DNA from: Oscillospiraceae bacterium
GTDB taxonomy: Bacteria > Bacillota > Clostridia > Oscillospirales > Ruminococcaceae
NCBI GenBank assembly: GCA_045591905.1
Contig: JAZNTS010000216.1
Coordinates: 1 to 39,921 of the forward strand
DNA: 39,921 nucleotides
Direction of reading: 5' to 3'
In this document: piece after piece, positions 36,208-39,921 of the stretch
Numbering within the stretch: position 1 is the stretch's first letter
How the letters are laid out: every line of letters begins with the position of its first letter
Position numbers and translations under genes: made by a program
The notes under the pieces: generated by a model
The model's input: the letters and a program-made list of their open reading frames with translations, nothing else
What the model was told of the DNA's origin: nothing
The model's database searches: none

Positions 36208-36972
36208 ATGGATAAATTTCACGAACTTAATTTCGGCGTTGACGGCGACAGTATAACAATGGGCGAGCAGTGGTCGTATCACGTTTTTAAACAGCTTGAG
36301 ATGAAAACGCACCACAACGTTGCGGTCGGCAGCGCAGTATGGTATAAGCGCACAGAGCGCTGCGGCGACAGGACTGTAACTACACAGGACTATTCCGCGG
36401 CAGATTTTGCGGGAATAAGCGGAGGCTGGGAGCCTACAGATGACGCTGACGAGATGCAGATGCGCATGAACAACTGTGCGGTAGTCCACGTTCAGAAGTT
36501 TCTTTCAGAGGTGAAAAGCGGCGAATTTCCCGCTCCCGATATTTTCGCTTTTGCGATGGGAACGAATGACGCGGAGTATTTCTTCGGTGACGCGGATAAG
36601 GCGCTTAGCGGAAAAACGCTTGATGGCAACGAGAATGTTGATCTGTTCACCTCTGCGGGCGCTATGCGCTGGTGCATACAGACTATCCGTGAGAATTTCC
36701 CCGACTGCCGCGTGTTTGTGATGACGCCTTTACAGACAGCAACGCGCGAGCATAACGAAAAGACTTTAAAGCTTATCGAAATAATGCGCAAGGTTTGTCA
36801 AGGTCTGTCGGTGCAGATTATCGACTGCTACAGCGGCTGTGGAATTACTGAAATGTTTGAAAACGAGGGCGGCGAGGGCAGATATCTGCGCGATGGACTG
36901 CACCCTAAGGAGAACGGACAGGCGCTTGAGGGTGCATTTGCCGCGAAAGAGATAAGAAACAACTATTTCTAA
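36208..36972 (+). CDS. SGNH/GDSL hydrolase
   Basis: GDSIT, GTND, DGLHP catalytic blocks. Confidence 0.9.
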   Translation: MDKFHELNFGVDGDSITMGEQWSYHVFKQLEMKTHHNVAVGSAVWYKRTERCGDRTVTTQDYSAADFAGISGGWEPTDDADEMQMRMNNCAVVHVQKFLSEVKSGEFPAPDIFAFAMGTNDAEYFFGDADKALSGKTLDGNENVDLFTSAGAMRWCIQTIRENFPDCRVFVMTPLQTATREHNEKTLKLIEIMRKVCQGLSVQIIDCYSGCGITEMFENEGGEGRYLRDGLHPKENGQALEGAFAAKEIRNNYF

Positions 36973-36983
36973 GGAGTGAGCCG

Positions 36984-37937
36984 ATGGAATTTCCGTCAGA
37001 GCTTCGATTTGCAATAGAACAGCTTTTTGCCGAGCAGGATATCAAAGCCATGACAGCGGCGGCGGAGGGTGTTTCCAAACGATACCGCAGCGAGAGCGGT
37101 GCAGGCAAAAGTCTTGTCAGCAGCGAGCGTGATACTTTGGCTTATGCGGCTGTGAGAATGCCCGCTACTTTCGGCGCAGTGGGAAAGGCGCTTTCTCTTG
37201 CGCTTGAGTGCTTTGAGGGTGAAATTTCCTCAATTCTTGATGTGGGCGCAGGTACGGGTGCGGCAAGCCATGCCGCGCAGCTTTTGACAGAATGTCAGGA
37301 GATAACCTGTATCGAGCGCGAGGAAAGCATGATAGACCTCGGAAAGAGGCTTATGCAAACACGCGGAATGTCGGCACAGTGGATAAAGCGCGACATTTCT
37401 TCTGCAAAGCTTACCGAAAAAGCAGACCTTGTGCTGTCCTCTTATTGCCTTAATGAGCTTACCGCGGCGGCGCGTAAAGACGCTGTCTTGCAGCTTTGGG
37501 AGGCAGCCGATAAGCTTTTGCTTATAGTTGAGCCGGGCACGCCCGAGGGTTTTTCGCAGCTTAGACAGGCAAGAGAGCTTTTGCTTGGCGCGGGCGGATA
37601 TATCGCAGCGCCGTGTCCTACAAGTGGTGCGTGTGAGCTGTCCGATGATGATTGGTGTCATTTTACGGTGAGGGTATCTCGCTCAAAGCTGCACAAGCAG
37701 CTAAAGGGCGGCGAAGCGCCGTATGAGGACGAGAAATTCTGCTTTCTTGCCGTGTCGAAAGAGGAAGTCAGCGGAGCGGCAAGGATACTGCGTCACCCGA
37801 AGATAGAAAGCGGCAAGATAACGCTGCGGCTGTGTACGTCAAACGGAATTTGCGAAAAGCTTGTCACAAAGAAAAGTCCGCATTTCAAGGCGGCACGCAA
37901 ATCTGATTGCGGCAATAGCTGGAGCGGCGAAATTTAG
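36984..37937 (+). CDS. Rsm22/METTL17-family methyltransferase
   Basis: AY...RMPAT, LDVGAGTG, SY.LNEL, IVEPGTPEGF, APCP, YEDEKF. Confidence 0.88.
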   Translation: MEFPSELRFAIEQLFAEQDIKAMTAAAEGVSKRYRSESGAGKSLVSSERDTLAYAAVRMPATFGAVGKALSLALECFEGEISSILDVGAGTGAASHAAQLLTECQEITCIEREESMIDLGKRLMQTRGMSAQWIKRDISSAKLTEKADLVLSSYCLNELTAAARKDAVLQLWEAADKLLLIVEPGTPEGFSQLRQARELLLGAGGYIAAPCPTSGACELSDDDWCHFTVRVSRSKLHKQLKGGEAPYEDEKFCFLAVSKEEVSGAARILRHPKIESGKITLRLCTSNGICEKLVTKKSPHFKAARKSDCGNSWSGEI

Positions 37938-37948
37938 GAGTTTTTGTT

Positions 37949-38563
37949 TTGGATATAATAGTTGTGAATACTTCGGGCACAGAGTTCTCTCAGATAGAGA
38001 AATATCTGTCCCATGTGTCAAAGGCAAGGCGCGCAGCGGTGCTGAAAAAAGGCTCGGACAACGACAAGGTTCAGTCACTGGTAGCGGCGCTGCTTGTGCG
38101 GCTGGAGCTGTCGGAGCGGCTTGGAATACCGCAGAACAAGCTTTCGTTTGAAAAAGGCGCACACGGAAAGCCTTATGTAAAGGGCAGTGATATGCAGTTT
38201 TCGCTGTCGCATACGAATGGCGCGGTCTGCGCGGCTTTTTCAGACAGCGGCGAGATAGGCGTTGATATAGAGATGAAAGACCGCCGCGTAAGTGAAAAGC
38301 TTAAACAGCGCACATTGAGCGAAAGAGAGCGCGAAATTGTGCAGACCGACGAGGATTTTATCCGCATTTGGGTGAAGAAAGAGGCTTTTTTAAAGCGAAC
38401 AGGAATCGGTCTTGCAACGCAGCTCTGCGGCGCGGATACCACGATAATCTCTGATATCGCGGCGTTTGACTGCGGCAGGTATTTTGTCGGCGCGGCAGGA
38501 AAAAACGCTCACGACGCTGAATTAAAAACGCTTGACCTGAGCGAGCTTCTTGCAAGGCTGTGA
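37949..38563 (+). CDS. Sfp-type 4'-phosphopantetheinyl transferase
   Basis: HGKP, FSLSH, IGVDIE, W..KEAFLK..G.GL; AGGAG RBS before TTG. Confidence 0.92.
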   Translation: MDIIVVNTSGTEFSQIEKYLSHVSKARRAAVLKKGSDNDKVQSLVAALLVRLELSERLGIPQNKLSFEKGAHGKPYVKGSDMQFSLSHTNGAVCAAFSDSGEIGVDIEMKDRRVSEKLKQRTLSEREREIVQTDEDFIRIWVKKEAFLKRTGIGLATQLCGADTTIISDIAAFDCGRYFVGAAGKNAHDAELKTLDLSELLARL

Positions 38564-38595
38564 TGCATTTACATATTTATCGAGAATATTAATAT

Positions 38596-38624
38596 CGGCT
38601 TCTGATGATTTCAGAAGCCGTTTT
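38596..38624 (+). terminator. Intrinsic terminator
   Basis: CGGCTTCTGA/TCAGAAGCCG + TTTT. Confidence 0.8.
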
Positions 38625-38629
38625 GCGTA

Positions 38630-38658
38630 TTGACAAGCCATGCTAAAATGAGTATAAT
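38630..38658 (+). promoter_or_regulatory. Consensus sigmaA promoter
   Basis: TTGACA-17-TATAAT. Confidence 0.85.
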
Positions 38659-38664
38659 ATATAA

Positions 38665-38832
38665 TGGCTCAGAAAAGGTCGGCATAACGGAATGCGGTGA
38701 AAATCCGCAGCAGTCCCCGCTGCCGTGAGGAAGCTGCGCTGCTGTCACAGACGGAAACGTCGGGTCACTGAGGGCTAACGCCCGTGGGAAGGCCGGCAGA
38801 GCGTGTAAATTCCAAGCCGGAAGACCTGCCAC
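38665..38832 (+). ncRNA. Cobalamin riboswitch
   Basis: GGAA-GCGGUGAAAAUCCGC, CCCCGCUGCCGUGA, GUCACUG, GGGAAGGC, B12 box AAGCCGGAAGACCUGCC. Confidence 0.95.
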
Positions 38833-39020
38833 TGTTTTTTGAAGCTGAATACAGGAATAAATTCCCGCGTATTTTTATAAGGACCTCACGCCGTTGCCAA
38901 AATCAAAGATTTTGACGGCTGAGAGGACCTTGAAAAAATATTTCCGCCGCTTCGCGGTGGCAGCCTTGCGGCTGATTGCGGAATAAATTTCTGCAAATAT
39001 TTTTATCGGAGGAATAAAAC

Positions 39021-39866
39021 ATGAAAACAAGAAGAATTTTGGCAGCATTGCTGTCAGCGTCGGCGCTTTGCGCCATGTCGGCGGTCGCTTTCGCTGAGGA
39101 CGAGCCTAAGGGCTATGTGACCTTTTTTGCGGACAAGGCGACTATCGGTCAGGGGCTTGTATGCGAGCCTGAAGTAGTACCTTTCTATGAGGGCGAAACA
39201 GGAATGGATATCGTAAAAAGAGCTGCCGATGTGAACGCTGTTGATAGTGATTGGGGCGCTTATGTCGAGGGCTTTGCCGATACGGATACGGGAGCGGAGA
39301 TTCCTGCTGCCATCGCAGCGGTATGCCCCGAAATGACAGGCAGAAACACCGAGGGCTACCTGTCCTCTTACGATTACACCGCCGAGTCGGGCTGGAGCTG
39401 GTTCCTTAATGACGAGTATGCTTCGGTGGGTATTTCGGGCTACACTCCTGCTGACGGCGATGTTGTTTGGTTTAGATTCACAGTTTACGGCTACGGCTGT
39501 GACCTTGGAATAGACAATTCCTCTTGGGGCGGAAATCCCGCACTTGTTGAGGCTGTACAGACCGCCGAGCTTGCAAAGCTTATGGCAGAGTCTGATACTG
39601 ACAGCAGCGAATATGCCGAGGCTGTAAAGGTGCTTGGTACATTCGGCGCAGCACAGGCTGATATTGACAGTGCTTATGAGGCGCTTGCAGCGGCAAACGA
39701 ACAGCCTGAGGATAACGGAACATCTGACGACGAGATAGGTGAGCCGCTTCCCGAGGACAACACCGATGATAAGGCGAGCGCCGATACAGGCGCAGAGGGC
39801 GTTGCAGTCGCTATCGGAGCAGTACTCGCAGCAGGGGCTGCACTTGTGCTGTCCAAGAAAAGATGA
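39021..39866 (+). CDS. Cell-wall-anchored DUF4430/transcobalamin-like protein, putative B12-binding
   Basis: Signal peptide AFA|E; SGW.W.LN......G...Y...DGDVV.F.FT motif; acidic linker; SADTG + hydrophobic stretch + KKR tail; B12 riboswitch upstream. Confidence 0.78.
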   Translation: MKTRRILAALLSASALCAMSAVAFAEDEPKGYVTFFADKATIGQGLVCEPEVVPFYEGETGMDIVKRAADVNAVDSDWGAYVEGFADTDTGAEIPAAIAAVCPEMTGRNTEGYLSSYDYTAESGWSWFLNDEYASVGISGYTPADGDVVWFRFTVYGYGCDLGIDNSSWGGNPALVEAVQTAELAKLMAESDTDSSEYAEAVKVLGTFGAAQADIDSAYEALAAANEQPEDNGTSDDEIGEPLPEDNTDDKASADTGAEGVAVAIGAVLAAGAALVLSKKR

Positions 39867-39921
39867 CGGGCATTAAAAAAATTATCGCGGCGGTCTGCAT
39901 GGCTTTTTTTGTGGCGGTGCA
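39863..39921 (+). CDS. Start of next secreted/membrane protein (3' truncated by window)
   Basis: ATGA overlap with upstream stop; MTGIKKIIAAVCMAFFVAV signal-peptide-like, open to the window end. Confidence 0.55.
   Translation, partial: MTGIKKIIAAVCMAFFVAV

Noticed and set aside
37949-38563. PPTase as marker of an NRPS/PKS cluster
   Set aside because: No carrier-protein or synthetase genes in the window
1-39921. CRISPR array, tRNA/rRNA, transposase or prophage genes
   Set aside because: No regularly spaced repeats, cloverleaf/rRNA signatures or such ORFs were recognised

Overview
Chromosomal segment of a spore-forming, flagellated Clostridia-class firmicute (Ruminococcaceae/Oscillospiraceae-like, inferred from gene content and AGGAGG/sigmaA signals). 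In order: end of pfkA; a THF riboswitch with a ~135-nt structured insertion ahead of an enlarged folT, then proC and a P-loop kinase; comFB; spoVAC-AD-AE; rpsF-ssb-rpsR with its S6:S18 leader; an ADP-ribosylglycohydrolase homologue lacking its catalytic aspartates; a ~15-kb type IV pilus locus (pilC, pilMN fusion, pilO-like, a large PilX/K-type Cys-rich pilin, two minor pilins, inverted pilD with a ~100-aa insert, MshEN-PilB, PilT, three tandem pilins). This directly abuts a sigma28-type late flagellar operon (flgM-like, flgN, flgK, flgL, yviE-like, fliW, csrA, fliD, fliS, chaperone; no flagellin). Then an EAL-HDOD phosphodiesterase, a FkbM methyltransferase, a membrane protein, a PflX-like radical SAM, an SGNH hydrolase, an Rsm22-like methyltransferase, an Sfp-type PPTase and a cobalamin riboswitch-controlled surface protein. 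No CRISPR, tRNA, rRNA or transposase was seen. Family calls are from motif recognition by eye, not database searches.
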